Part shown: positions 1-12,939 of the stretch, in pieces
How positions within the stretch are numbered: position 1 is the first letter of the stretch
Layout: each line of letters opens with the position of its first letter
NCBI RefSeq assembly: GCF_006345805.1
Contig: NC_042999.1
Span: 9,486,001 to 9,550,000 of the forward strand
From: Octopus sinensis
Lineage: Eukaryota
Length of the DNA stretch: 64,000 nt
Direction: 5' to 3'
Position numbers and translations under genes: made by a program
The notes under the pieces: model-generated
Told to the model about the DNA's origin: nothing
Database searches by the model: none
What the model saw: only the letters and a program-made list of their open reading frames with translations

Positions 1-87
1 GGTTTTTGTTGTGGAGAGCATAATAGCTGTCTTGTGTGTTGATTAAAGTTGGGCAAGTGACCAGTGGCCGAAATAGCAGTAGTGTGT

Positions 88-198
88 ATATCACGTTGAA
101 AGCACCGGTTCTCGTCCGATCACCGAAGTTAAGCAACATCGAGCCTAGTTAGTACTTAGATGGGTGACCGCTTGGGAACCCTAGGTGCCGTAAGCATT
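88..198 (+). pseudogene. 5S rRNA pseudogene / 5S-derived head lacking about 9-10 nt at the 5' end
   Basis: ATATCACGTTGAAAGCACCGGTTCTCGTCCGATCACCGAAGTTAAGCAAC...GTTAGTACTTAGATGGGTGACCGCTTGGGAA...GGTGCCGTAAGCATT follows the metazoan 5S layout with box A, IE and box C recognisable. No oligo-T terminator follows. Confidence 0.9.
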
Positions 199-205
199 AC
201 CTGTT

Positions 206-425
206 GTGGAGGCGCAATGGCCTAGTGGTTAGGGCAGCGGACTCGCGGTCGCAGGATCGCGGTTTCGATTCTCAGACCGGGCGTTGTGTGTGTTTATTGA
301 GCGAAAACACCTAAAAAGCTCTACGAGGCTCCGGCAGGGGGTGGTGATCCCTGCTGTACTCTTTCACCACAATGGCGGTGCCCCAGCATGGCCACAGCTC
401 AAGAGCTGAAACTGGAAAAACAAAA
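206..425 (+). mobile_element. tRNA-derived SINE (family D head, family A-type tail) fused behind the 5S copy
   Basis: Box A TGGCCTAGTGG and box B GGTTTCGATTC; head matches 30371 and 25707; tail GCGGTGCCCCAGCATGGCC...CTGAAAC matches the family A tail. Confidence 0.8.
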
Positions 426-789
426 ATATATATATATATATATATATACTTGTAAATAAATCCGGAGGCGATTAAAGCCACATTTATCTAAATAATTGAC
501 TGAAAACTAATGAACTAACTCTAGCTAGAATCGAACCCACAAATCAACGCTAACACAGCTCCTTGCGCATCCGACTCAGCCAGAACACTCATCCATAAAT
601 ATATATTCCGCCAAATTTTATGTATAGATACTTAACTCATATATTACATGTATAGACATGCAAACACACACACATGCATAATCTATACAAATATACATAT
701 AGGCACAGGCGTGGCTGTGTGGTAAGTAGCTTGTTTCTCAACTAAATGGTTCTGGTTTCAGTCCCACTGCGTAGCCTCGGACCGCTGTT

Positions 790-1870
790 AATGAACGACG
801 TCATTTTTAACAAGAGTAAAAAAACGCCCAACTGCTCTCATACTGGAGTCATTGATGATGTTGTGGAAGAGCACACGAATTGATGCTATGTGAATTACTG
901 GAATGTTAATACCTTCAGACAAGCAGCTGCTTTCACTCTTAAAGTACATCGAAGAGAAATCTAAAGTATTGGTAACGAAATTACTATACGGAAGTAACAA
1001 GGAAGGAAAATAAAACTTGAAGAAACCATCAACATGCTGCACCGCCATATTGGATGATTCACTGACGAAATAAAATGTAAGGAGAATAATGACGTCACAC
1101 GTCCCCAGTTACATCTTAAGCAAAAAAATATAACACTCTACGGCGAACCTTCACTCCAGGTTGTTAGTTTAATGCACAAACATAGGACGTTGAGAGAAAA
1201 ACATTTTCACGGTCGAAAGTTTCTGACCAGTATAAAGTATAAGTTTGCTTCCAGTCGACAGGAATTATAACGGGAGAAAGGAAATATTGCCGTTAAGAAG
1301 GGACATTCTCAAGAGCAATCATTTGGGTTTAAGATCTGGAATACACTGTGGCTAAATTCAATTACGAAAGAATAGTGAACCAGCATCGACAGTAAAAAGT
1401 ATACAATCGACCCTGAAAATTTCATCATAGCTGTAGGCAAACTGGATAATGAGAAGGCACCCAGAAGGGACCTAATAGTTGGATATTGATAAAAGGCAAA
1501 CTTTTAACAGAATGCCTCTAATAAGTGTATTTGAAGCACTGTGGAAGCCCAGACTGACATATCAGATTGTTTGCTGTAACACGGACGAGTCTTGTAGCAA
1601 AGAATGAATATGTCACCTTCGTAGAAAATCATTGCATGCCTAAGTATTGTATACAAATTGTGCACAAACTGCAAAAACTATTTCTCCGGGATAATTGCGA
1701 GTCCAACAACATAGCGACTGATAAGCAGGAAGATTGAAAGAAGAGAGTGTGGAGATGTACTGAACAACGTTTTGATAACTAAAGCTGTGATGTCCGAACT
1801 AATAAAACGCCTCAGAATCCTTATAACAATTTGTGTGATGAAGACAAACAAACCGAAACGTCAAAGTCAA
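790..1870 (+). mobile_element. Heavily decayed non-LTR retrotransposon relic, probably R4/Dong-like
   Basis: Scattered motifs in broken frames (LREKHFHGR, KIWN, LDNEKAP, CLSIVYKLC) resemble motifs of the Dong-type element at 47.4-50.2 kb. Confidence 0.4.
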
Positions 1871-2307
1871 TGTCAAGCTTTTCTTTGTAAAAGTTAACAT
1901 TATATATATATTTATTATTCGTATAACTAGCTTAATTATTTATTCATCTCTATGCACACACGCACACACATAGCGTAGGTGTGCATGTGAAGGAAGGGTG
2001 TCTACGTGGTATTAATAATGTCCTTGTGCAACTTCAATGGTTATTAACTTTAATACAAACCAAGTGTAAACAGCTTATAAAGGCCCTATTTATTCAAGTC
2101 ATATACTTCAGGTTTGTTAATTTCCTCCGCGTTAATTATAACTTATAATTTAATTTCAGATTGTTTGACCGATTAAAATTGCAACCGTAGAAGAATAGTC
2201 TAACTGTGTACTCTGTCTCGCAGAATTGATGTCTGTAACGGCCGTGAGAAGATTTATTATGGCAGGAATGATGCGACACATAAAAAATCCACTTGAAATT
2301 TCATCAT

Positions 2308-2645
2308 TTACTTCTTACTGGTTTCGTTCATTAGACTGCGACCATTTTGGGGGCATGGCCTTGAAGGGTTTCGTCGAAGAAATAGAACCAAGTACTTATT
2401 AAGTCTGGTTTTTTATCTATTGATTTCTTTCGCCGAACCGATTGTCAATCGGGTGAGGGGTGCACACAAAAGCATACACACACACACATACATAACGGAA
2501 TTCCATTGTTTTTGTCTACCAAGTTCATTCCCAATGCATTGGTCGACCCGGGGTTGTAGTATAAGGCATTGACTTCATGTGCCACACAATGGACTGAACC
2601 ACTGGCTTAAAGGGGGCTTCTTAATCGCACAGCTCAGTTTGCGCG
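2308..2645 (-). mobile_element. SINE family A, diverged copy
   Basis: Collinear, diverged reverse complement of 2889-3322. Confidence 0.7.
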
Positions 2646-2888
2646 TATTCAGTTTTTTTTTCTAAATCTTGGTCAGTAAATGACAAACCTCGATGAGCCG
2701 ACCAATTAGGGCTGAGGTTGTGGCTATTGTCCAGAAAGAATTTAACAGGACTTGGTGAAAATCGCTATGACATGCATCTGACCAACAAAATATTTCACTA
2801 TTAACAATGTACAAGTCTATGAAGGTGAAATGAAATAAACTTGTTTATACGATTCAGGAGGGTTATTTGATGTAAGAAGCAGACAACC

Positions 2889-3050
2889 GGAGCAGGAGTG
2901 GCTATGTGGTAAGTAGCTTGTTTACCAACTACATACTTCCGGGTTCAGTCCCACTGCGTGGCACCTTGGGCAAGTGTCTTCTAATATAGCCTCGGGCCGA
3001 CCAAAGCCTTGTGGGTGGATTTGGTAGACGGAAACTGAAAGAAGCCTGTC

Positions 3051-3097
<47 letters not shown>

Positions 3098-3322
3098 TGT
3101 GTGTGTGTGTTTGTGTGTCTGTGTTTGTCCCCTTAGCATTGCTTGACAACCGATGCTGGTGTGTTTATGTCCCCGTAACTTAGCGGTTCGGCAAAAGAGA
3201 CCGATAGAATAAGTACTGGGCTTACAAAAAGAATAAGTCCCGGGGTCGAGTTGCTCGATTAAAGGCGGTGCTCCAGCATGGCCGCTGTCAAATGACGGAA
3301 ACAAGTAAAAGAGTAAAAGAGT
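2889..3322 (+). mobile_element. SINE family A (tRNA head, internal TA/TG microsatellite, AGTAAAAG tail)
   Basis: GGAGTGGCTATGTGGTAAG and GGGTTCAGTCCC Pol III boxes; near-identical copies at 18981, 27166, 31260, 51041 and 52345. Confidence 0.9.
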
Positions 3323-4119
3323 AACCAAACAAGATCGGATTCCTGCCAAGATGTGTGGTGAAAAATTACCAATTCCCAGATGTGTTCCACCGAAATGACA
3401 TTTCTTGGTTTAGCAACTATTTCCATTGACGTAAAATCAATCGCTAAAATTGCCGTATTGGGGGAAGGAAAGAAATTTCAAGAGAGCTGACATGAAAGAT
3501 CCTCTCCGAAAGTGAATATACGCTGTACCCTAAAGCAATCTTGACTTATCAACCCCTGTTTGTTACAGAAATGCCACTCAAAGGTGAAATTTATGAAAAG
3601 AGGCAGAAATCCACCGTCACCGTTTTAATATGGTTAAATATTTTAGATATATTTTTTTCTCCGCTAATACGACACACTTCCTGTATTTTGCATTATTCGT
3701 GCTTTTGGTATACACCTACATATCCTTGGTATCTCAGGTTCCTTGTAAATTCTTACCATAAATGAGAGATCGACAAAAAAGATTACACGTTGACGTATGT
3801 GTGAGGGAGGATTTACAAAAACGGAGTGAAGTCTCAGCAGAGAATATCTATGTAGGCAGTGTTTGCACACGCGTGTGTGTGTGTGTGTGTGTATGCGCAA
3901 GTGTGTTTATGAGCGTATCATAGTATCCTCTGTGTGTGTGATACACACATGTATACACGTATATATATGAATACACACGCGTACACACAAACATATACAC
4001 ACACATATGTATGTATATATATATTTATTTACATATATACATTCATATACACACATATTTAAACACACGTGTATATATATATATATATATACATTCATAT
4101 ACACACACATTTAAACACA

Positions 4120-4173
<54 letters not shown>

Positions 4174-4225
4174 ACCTCGTGAGTACCACCGGCGATTTTT
4201 TTTCCTCTGTCTTCCCTTCTCCTAT

Positions 4226-4260
4226 GTTTCCGACGAAGAGCTCCGCTCGAAACGTTAAAC
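4226..4260 (+). ncRNA. Minimal hammerhead-like motif with core mismatch CCGACGA
   Basis: GTTT-CCGACGA-A-GAGC tcc GCTC-GAAAC-GTT-AAAC; same family as 59500-59534. Confidence 0.5.
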
Positions 4261-4342
4261 CCTCCTTCTTCCCTTAGCGTCCAATAATACTTTATTTGTT
4301 CCACATCCTTACGTTGTTGTGTTTTTTTGTTTGGATTAACTT

Positions 4343-4378
<36 letters not shown>

Positions 4379-5161
4379 ATATGAAAGAAGGTTTGAAAAT
4401 GCAATTTTAAAAGATGTTTAATTGCATTTTCAAATCTTCTTTCATATATAATTCCACTCGTGCGGTACCTTACAACTCCACTTTGTTTGTTTGTTTTATT
4501 TATATATATATTGAAGCACAGGTGCGTAGGATGTGCGAACGTGAATGTTAGGAAGTTCATGTTCCTACTTGAATGGAAACTATGCCACAGAGAGATTTGT
4601 GACATCGTTTGCAATTCTGAGCTGAAGAAAGCTCATAATAAATTTAATATTAGCTTTTAAAGTTAGTCACTATAAATGACGTGTTGCGAAATAGTAAGAG
4701 CTTTAGTCGGTCATGGCTGGATTGGCGTACAGCATGGAGTAACATGAGAAATGACAGAATATAAAACTAATTGATGCTACATATTCTGAATTTATTATTA
4801 ATGGAAGTGAATAATATTTTATGAAGTTTTAACTGAATGATTGATGTTTATATCGTAGAAGATAATCTGGTTGAGAAAGGGTTGCTCACACGATTGAGGT
4901 GAAGTCATACGTCGTCCTTATTTGGTGCTGTATTGTGCTCTGCGGAAAATAAAGCGATTTCTCATTTTGAAAAAAAAACTTACGCGTAAATAGTGTTCTA
5001 CAAGGAAAATACTCAGAGCAATATAGGCAGATATTTGTAAATGTTTAATAAAGTGCTATCGTGTGTTTAACTTGGAGAATTAATCTTCTAAAGGAATTCT
5101 GAATTATACATTAGTAGATGCAAACGAATGGAAAACGAAATAAACATCGAAATAAGCGACC

Positions 5162-5210
5162 CTGCTCTGCTCTGCTCTGCTCTGCTCTGCTCTGCTCGGC
5201 TCTGCTCCGC
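5162..5210. repeat. (CTCTG)n pentanucleotide microsatellite
   Basis: About 9 tandem units. Confidence 0.95.
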
Positions 5211-5563
5211 GTAGTTTCGTTCTATCAATAATTTATCTAACGAAGATGGACAGGAAGCCTGGCGTGTGTTTAGGAAGGAACATTAAGAAGTTGATAAGTT
5301 CGTCTTTATGAATTGAAGTCATTAGTGAAATATTCGTAATTGTTAACCGAAGTCAGTGCTACAGTATGGTCGCTATACAAAGACTGACACGAGTGGGAGA
5401 AAATCAATCGAATCTAAACTATATTTTGTATTTAACATATCAACATTCAACGACAGACTTACTAAATATACGCTAGAGTCACCGCCTCCTGCACCGGAAT
5501 ATAGATTTTGCTTTTCTTTTTATTATTAATTATTATCATCATTATTATTATCATTATTATTAT

Positions 5564-5794
5564 TATTTCTTTACTACCCACAAGGGGCTGAACACAGAGG
5601 GGACAAACAAGGACAGACAAACGGATTAAGTCGATTATATCGACCCCAGTGCGTAACTGGTACTTATTTAATCGACCCCGAAAGGACGAAAGGCAAAGTC
5701 GACCTCGGCGGAATTTGAACTCAGAACGTAACGGCAGACGAAATACCGCTTAGCATTTCGCCCGTCGTGCTAACGTTTCTGTCAGCTCGCCGCC
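5564..5794 (-). mobile_element. SINE family B, full length
   Basis: Reverse complement of GGCGGCGAGCTG...TTCTGAGTTCAAATTCC...CTTTCATCCTTTCGGGGTCG...GGGTAGTAAAGAAATA; flanked by an ATT tract. Confidence 0.9.
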
Positions 5795-6327
5795 ATTCCG
5801 CTGAAGTCTGCTTTACCTTTCATTCTTCCGGGGTCGATAAAGCAAGTACCTATTAACTTGCTTTACACGTTCTAAACAGAAAATGTGTAGAGATGATCTG
5901 ATCACGTAATTAAAGTGCAATGCAGATTCAGTAGAATGCGGTAATTGACTTTAAAAATCGTTTAGTATACTTTGTCGTATATTATAACGAAATGCTGTGT
6001 GCCTTGGAGTCATTCACATTTAAGTAGCAGCTTCCAAGAATGTGTTTAAGATGTATATTTGTATAATCTAGTAATGTTGCACCACTGTTTGTAGTGGTTA
6101 TTTAACCAATGAGTCCGTGGGTGATTAATCGATTAGATGAGTGCTGCTGAAGGAGCAAGGACACGCGAAATATGGCATGTGCGCCCGTTACCAATTTTTT
6201 TTTTCATTCTCGATCTCCTTGTTTGTTTACATCTGATATCTCGGATATGAAATGCAAGAAGATCAGTCCTGGCTACGACTTCTATGGAAAATCCGTAGAA
6301 AAGAACTTACCCACGTTTTAAATATAT

Positions 6328-6560
6328 ATTTCTTTACTACCCACAAGGGGCCAAACACAGAGGGGACAAACAAGGACAGACAAAGGGATTAAACCGATTA
6401 CATCGACCCCGGTACGTGACTGGTACTTATTTAATCGATCCCGAAAGGATGAAAGGCAAAGTAGACCTCGGCGGAATTTGAACTCAGAACGTAATGGCAG
6501 ACGAAATACCGCTTAGCATTTCGCAAGGCGTGCTAACGTTTCTGCCAGCTCACCGCCATT
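6328..6560 (-). mobile_element. SINE family B with 17-bp target-site duplication
   Basis: TSD CCACGTT(T/C)TAAATATAT at 6311-6327 and 6561-6577. Confidence 0.9.
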
Positions 6561-8171
6561 CCACGTTCTAAATATATCACAGGAAAATCTTAGCAATTTG
6601 TAAATAGCTTTCTAATGTTAACGTAAGTCATTTTACTGGTTGCTAAGAAAATTTAATTGATATGTAAATTCGAATATTTAGAGTTTAAGATATCAGTTAA
6701 ATACGGTCTTCAAAAAGTAGAGATAAACTGTCAGAAATGTAAATGGATTGATTAGAAAAAAATTATGTTAACTTAATAGTTAACCAGGTAGATAAAGAGA
6801 GACGGGGTGAGGTAGATGGGAAAGTAAAACAACATACGAATTAGGATGAAAGAAAGAGAAAAGGTAAAAGAAAGCATTGAGGGAATTATTAAAAGACCAG
6901 AGTAAGGAAAGAGAGAAAAATGAAACAAATATGGAATGAATGAGAAAGGGAGAAATTAAGGAAGAAAGTATGAAGGTTGTTATCAAATGCTGTAAAGTAG
7001 AAAATCAGTTAAATTGATCAGAAATAATTTGGGGAAGCTTCACAGAACGAGAGGTATGCTAACTGAGGAACATAGAATTAAGTTTTTATTCTAGGTTGAC
7101 GCTTTCTTTTAAACATTGCATCTGCCATTTGCAAAGAGGTTAGTTCTAAAATTAGCAGACTTTTTATACGAAGTAAAATGAAAATTACATGAAAATCCCA
7201 AATTCGCAAAAATACCAGATGGTGGGGGGGGGGGAGACAAACAGACAGACACAGAGAAAGAGAGTTACACTTGGCAGAACGAGCTTCTAGTATTTTAAGG
7301 TTTGAATTTGAAATCTAAAGAGTTTGGCGTTGGCAACGATTAACGCGGGGAAGTTTTTATAAAATAGTTGGGTTGTTGTGAGTTGTGCAAAGACCTTCAA
7401 CGAAGCAGTTACTAATTTTATTCAACCGGAAGTAAGTATGTTAAAGTCGAAGTCAACATAACAGGAAGTGATGCGACACAGCAATGGGCATGTTGTTCGA
7501 CTTTCTTTCCGTTCAGCTATTCACCAGCCTTTCCGAATTTCACACATAAATTATTTTTCATGGAACATAACAATATATGACATGAAAATGTATAGGATTT
7601 TCATGGAACATAGGTTTACGTTATTCAGGAATAAACAGGATTCACGTGGGAAATAGTTCAAAGGAATAATAACCATTCTCACTGAATATAAGAATTTCAA
7701 AGAAAAAGATATGCATCTTAAACAAGAATATAGCACGGTGTAAAGAATAAGATTCTTAAAGACAATAGAAAGAGTATTCTGGTAGAATTTAGGAATATGT
7801 TGCATAAGAATAAGTATTTTCATGTAATATAGGAACATATTCCACAAGACTATATTCCATAGGGATAAAGGAATTTTTGTGGAATATTAGAATGTATTTC
7901 TTTGGATTAGATATGATTCTCGTGGAATATAGAGATATATTGTTAAAGAATAACGATTACTCTCATGGAATAGTGCAAACGTTTGGTCTTTAATAATGGA
8001 TTCAATCCATCCAAGAGATCTCAAGACTTCGGACGGTTACAACATAAGAAGTTAATGTAACAAGATTTGAAAAGAAGGTTATTGTTAGGATAAACTGTAC
8101 GATCAAGGAAAATGGTGGAATATAAATACTCCAACTTTTTTTTTTTTTGTATATTTCCTTTTCATTAGCTG

Positions 8172-8570
8172 TTATCATCATCATCATCGTCGTCATCATC
8201 ATCATCGTCGTCATCATCATCATCGTCGTCATCAGTTCAGTTGCGAATGTAGATATCGCTGTCTATCAGTATCACCATCGTCATCATTTTCGACACCACC
8301 ATCGCCAACTTCATCTACATAATCATCATCATCATCATCGCTGCATCGTAGTACGTAAACAGCGTTATCTATCGACATTATCATCATCATTCTCAAAGAC
8401 ATTACCACCACCACCACTACCCACCGCTTTCATCTACATTATTATAATCATCTACGTTGTAGTAATCGACATCATCATCATCATAATCTACATCGTCGTT
8501 ACCGTTATCATTATCATCGTCGTCGTCATCATCATCATTATCATCCACATTATTATCAACATCGAATCAA
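8172..8570. repeat. (ATC/GTC)n trinucleotide low-complexity tract
   Basis: Compound ATC, GTC and ACC runs; source of the poly-I/H/D ORFs. Confidence 0.9.
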
Positions 8571-9096
8571 GCTGACATCAAAATTAATTGATGTTATTTT
8601 TTCAATGAAAAAACACAAACAATAAGCCAAGAAAAGGAACGTAAAGCAATTTCTTGTGTTCTTTCATTCATTTTGGCGATTAGATTGAGAAATCAAGTTT
8701 GTGTGTGTGTGTGCGCGCGCGCGCATGTACAAGTGTTTTTGATGGACGCTGGATCACAACCAGCTGAAACAGATTAAAAAAAATTTCAGATAATCTCCAG
8801 TTATCTGATATTTTATGTATTTACAACATCTCTACAACGTCAGGTTCTTCCCAACACATTCCGTCACTTCATCTGTCTCTCTCTCTCTCTCTTTCTAGAT
8901 ATATGTATTCAAGTGTGAGTGTTTATTGTTGTGTTTACGAATATGTGTGTGTGTGTCGGTGTGGGTGTGAGAGAGAGAGACTACGACGAGTTCTGACGGT
9001 GGTCTATGAGGGGGTGAATGTCTGTGTGAATCTGTATGTATATATGCATGGAATTATACGTGTGGGTGGGAAGGTATACAATCATCCATGCTTACA

Positions 9097-9152
<56 letters not shown>

Positions 9153-9299
9153 ACCATACATATGTACATATACACACACACACACACAGTCTTTGTCCTA
9201 TGAACATCCGAAAACTGGCCAGAATCCAGCGTAACAAAGAGATTACTTATTTGAGCCAACGCAACAAATGAGAGCAAGCGAATGCCGGGTGTGTATGTA

Positions 9300-9346
<47 letters not shown>

Positions 9347-9684
9347 GCATACATAAACACACAAAGGGGAAATAGTCTTGGCAGTAAATTCGTTGCATGG
9401 AATATTATATCAACATTGGAATTGAAGTCTGAAGATCAAAAGTGAGGCTTCGGGTTAGAAAGTGTAACATCAATCCTGTGTTTTATTTGAGGAGCGGTTG
9501 TAGGTTTTGATGTTTGGAAGGAAAGAATTTAGACTAACAACAGACATGAACTAACCTGAAGATATACACAGAGGAAACGTCTTACTCTTGCTATATTTAG
9601 GTTCTGGAAAACTAAAATATATCTACGATGCCGGTGTCCTGGAATCAATACTGAAACTATCATTATTATTATCATCATTATCAA

Positions 9685-11720
9685 GACGGTGAGCTGGCAG
9701 AATCGTTAGCGCACCGGACGAAATGCTTAGCGGTATTTCGTCTGTCTTTACGTTCTGAGTTCAAATTCCGCCGAGGTCTACTTTGCCTTTCATCCTTTAG
9801 TTGAATACTGCGGTTGATGTAATCGGCTTAGCTCCTCCCCGAAATTGCTGGCTTTGTGGTTAGTTAGCCCCGGTAGTGTTCTAAATTTCTCTTCATAATC
9901 ATTACCGTAATTAGAGTTCCAGTTAATGTTGCTTTCAAATTTTAGCCCAAGGCCATCAAGTTCGGAGAAGAGAGTAAATCGATTATATTGACCCCCGCTG
10001 AAGGAATGAACGGCAAAGTCGAACTAGAGGGGACAAGCAAGGACAGACAAAAGGATTAAGTCGATTATATCGACCCAATGCATAACTGGTACTTATTTAA
10101 TCGACCCCAAAATACGAAAGGCTAAGTCTACCGCGGCGAGCTACAATTGATATTAAAACTGTTCTTAGTTTGATTTCCATTAAAATTGATTTGTAAGTCG
10201 ACAGTTTCTCTGTCTCCTTCCGCGAGAAACAGTTCGAGATGTCAATCAGACCACAAGCATTTCCATTCCAATCGGATCGGTCTGCTTTTATCTTCCCGTC
10301 GATCTTGACAGGTGAATGCCAGATTGTTGTGCTCAGATCGCCACCGTCAACCGTGTTTGGTTCACACTGATACCGGTCTTCGTTTTTACTTTCGAAATGT
10401 CAGAATATTGCTCAATCAACATGGCTGCTGCATCATTGTAGATTTGGACAACCTGAAATACTCCGGTGGACAGTTGTCTTATTTGGAGAGGGAGGTGAAG
10501 GTGTGGAGGAAGGCATTGGTCTCCAGAAAGTTCATTAAACGAAGTGTAAGAGTGACGTGTATAAAACGAGTGAATTGTTCTCCTCTCAGCCAACGTATAT
10601 AGGTCAGTAAAACAAAACAGAGACGGAACCTTGCTCTTAGCAGTCCAAATAACTTGGCATTTGTTGTGTTTCCTGGGTGGTTTTAAGTGGTTGTACCCGC
10701 ACCACTAATGGGGCCGTTGCTGTTTATACTATTGTTATTCCTATTTTTTTTTATTTCATGTATACACCCGCCATTTTGTCATTTCTCTTTCAATGTCGCT
10801 CGTATTTCACTTTTCAGAATCGTAGGAGCGTCGGACAAAACGCCTTGCTCTTTACATTCTGAGTTCAAATCTCGCTGAGAACAATTTTATCAGTCATCCT
10901 TTCGGGGTGACGTGGGGTGGGCCAATGATATAAAGAACAAGTTAATTTCAGTGTTACCGAATAGGTTTTCTACTCAAAATGATTGCTGAAAAATAAACAT
11001 TTTACCAATATCTTACAACATAAAACTCTTAGAGAAGAAAAAGAATTATGAATTTATTTATTTGAAGAACTTTGGAGAACAATTTTGAAGAACTTGCATG
11101 CATTCGACACTAGATGTCGACGAGGGGCAGCGTCAACTTATACAAGACAACTATACAAGAAGTAAGACAAAAGACAAAAAAACTAGTTTATGCAAGAATA
11201 TTTTACACCAATACACATGAAATTTAAATGGGAAAATAATGACGTTTCTGTTGACAATGATAGCACCGGGAATTGTTTAGCGAGGAGTTTAGCAGGAGCG
11301 ACAGCACGAAGAAAAGTAAAGACCGGTTCGATATAATAAAAAGAAAATATCAATCAAATATTGGGTTAGACTTAATCGATTAATCATTGCTTCTAAATTT
11401 ACGATATTGGACCAATGTTAGAAAATATTATAACAAAAACATTTTGTAAGAAAGTCTCCGCTTCCTCCTCCTCGTTGTTGTTGTTACTATGAAGGTGACG
11501 ACCTGGCAGAATCGTTAGCACGCCAGATAAAAGTGCTTAGCGATATTTCTTCCGATCGTTACGTTCTGAGTTCAAATTCCACCGGTGTTAGCTTAGCTTT
11601 GTGTCCTCTTAGCTTTTCGTCCTTTTGAGATCGATGAAATAGGTACCAATTTGGGCACTGGGTCGATGGAATCGACTCCCTCATCTCCTCAAGAACCGCT
11701 GGCTCTGTGCCAAAATTTGA
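9685..11720 (+). mobile_element. Several diverged or partial SINE family B copies (about 9685-9860, 10830-10910, 11490-11720 on +; fragments at 9930-10140 on -)
   Basis: Repeated GTTCTGAGTTCAAAT box B and CTTTCATCCTTT core. Confidence 0.75.
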
Positions 11721-11937
11721 AGCTATTATTATTATTATTATTATTTAGTATTCTAATATTTATCACCTGCTTTCACTGCACTACGGCGTACAGCTCTGTG
11801 TGCCGTGGGGTATGTGCTGTGGTTTTGTTGTGGTGCTCTGATGGTTACTGTATTGAAAGTGTTTTACGTAGGATGTGTGCGATGCCAAGAAGTGCTATTT
11901 TCTCTGTGCTATAAATACTTGTTAGTCTATATTATTA

Positions 11938-11976
<39 letters not shown>

Positions 11977-12154
11977 TATTATTGCATGCTGCCACTGTAC
12001 AATAATTGGATGCACCTCTGTGGTGATTGGCTTTGAGCAGGCTTTTGATGTATTCACTGTACCCTAGGTAATATAAATGTGGAGTCACTAATTGTGCTAT
12101 TTTCTATATGGTGAGTAAGTATCTATAATTTTTGCTTCCAGTCTCCACATTCTG

Positions 12155-12190
<36 letters not shown>

Positions 12191-12199
12191 TGAGTGACA

Positions 12200-12830
12200 G
12201 AATCAATAGCGCTGTGACGTTATTCCTTTTCCGTATTTCGGTTCGTGACTCTCCCTGTTTACACCGTCTCTCGATTTGTTATCCCGTAGCGGGCAAGTCC
12301 TGAACCGACATTATCAGCTCCACGTGTGACCTTCTCCATCAGAAATCATTATTGGTAAGAGTGAATCAGAAAGTATGAGACAATATAAAGTTCTCGGCGA
12401 ATACAGTGAACTTCGTTTTGCTACTGATTCTACTTGTATTAGCATTATTATAGTCCCTGATGGAGCGGCCTTCACCACGGAGTCGTCTGATGCTTGGATA
12501 TGTTCTACATATGACAAGAGCAAGTCTACGGAACCCCAAAAATCAACAATATTAAGGCAGTGAACAAATGAATGTGGATCTGTTTCATCTTTCGGAACAA
12601 ATCTCAGACAATTTTGGCAGATGACACTTCCATACCTAAAGTGTATATTCAAACCAGTAACGCTAAGTAAGGGATATCTGGAAGTTTCCATAGATCTTAG
12701 GTTAAAAGTTCTCCGAATTCAATTCACCTTCGTCGAGGCCCTGAGTCTCCGCGAGAACATTGTCACTGTTAACCACTGGAAATCTTTTTCCAAAATCCAA
12801 GGACTGACATATCCATCGATGGAGAATTTG
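12200..12830 (-). mobile_element. Decayed CR1/L2-type LINE reverse-transcriptase fragments
   Basis: LNIVDFWGSVDLLL resembles the DF.KAFD.VDH.LL motif; LYSPRTLY resembles LY..LVRP.LEY; frames are broken. Confidence 0.45.
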
Positions 12831-12939
12831 AGAATAAAAAACCTGGCAGCGACAATAACCAAAGCAACAATACTAACATCAATAATAACGACAGCAGCAA
12901 TAATAATGGTTTTGGCACCATCCCAACGATTTGTGGGGG

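Noticed and set aside
206-290. tRNA gene calls at SINE heads (also 25640-25707, 30371-30445, 37690-37757)
   Set aside because: Each continues into a SINE body and lacks a properly paired acceptor stem and terminator.
1835-1867. GTGATGA...GAAACGTC
   Set aside because: Core mismatch and essentially no stem II.
5241-5286. DGQEAWRVFRKEH, resembling a globin H-helix AW motif
   Set aside because: Wrong strand for the globin, very short, no splice support.
8735-8775. TTGATGG...GCTGG/CCAGC...GAAAC hammerhead-like motif
   Set aside because: Two core mismatches and no stem III or UH pairing.
9556-9581. CTGAAGA...GAAACGTC
   Set aside because: No stem II or stem I pairing.
10312-10602. Opposing 96-aa and 86-aa ORFs
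   Set aside because: Only a vague likeness to LINE RT (DNLKYSGG); too weak to call.
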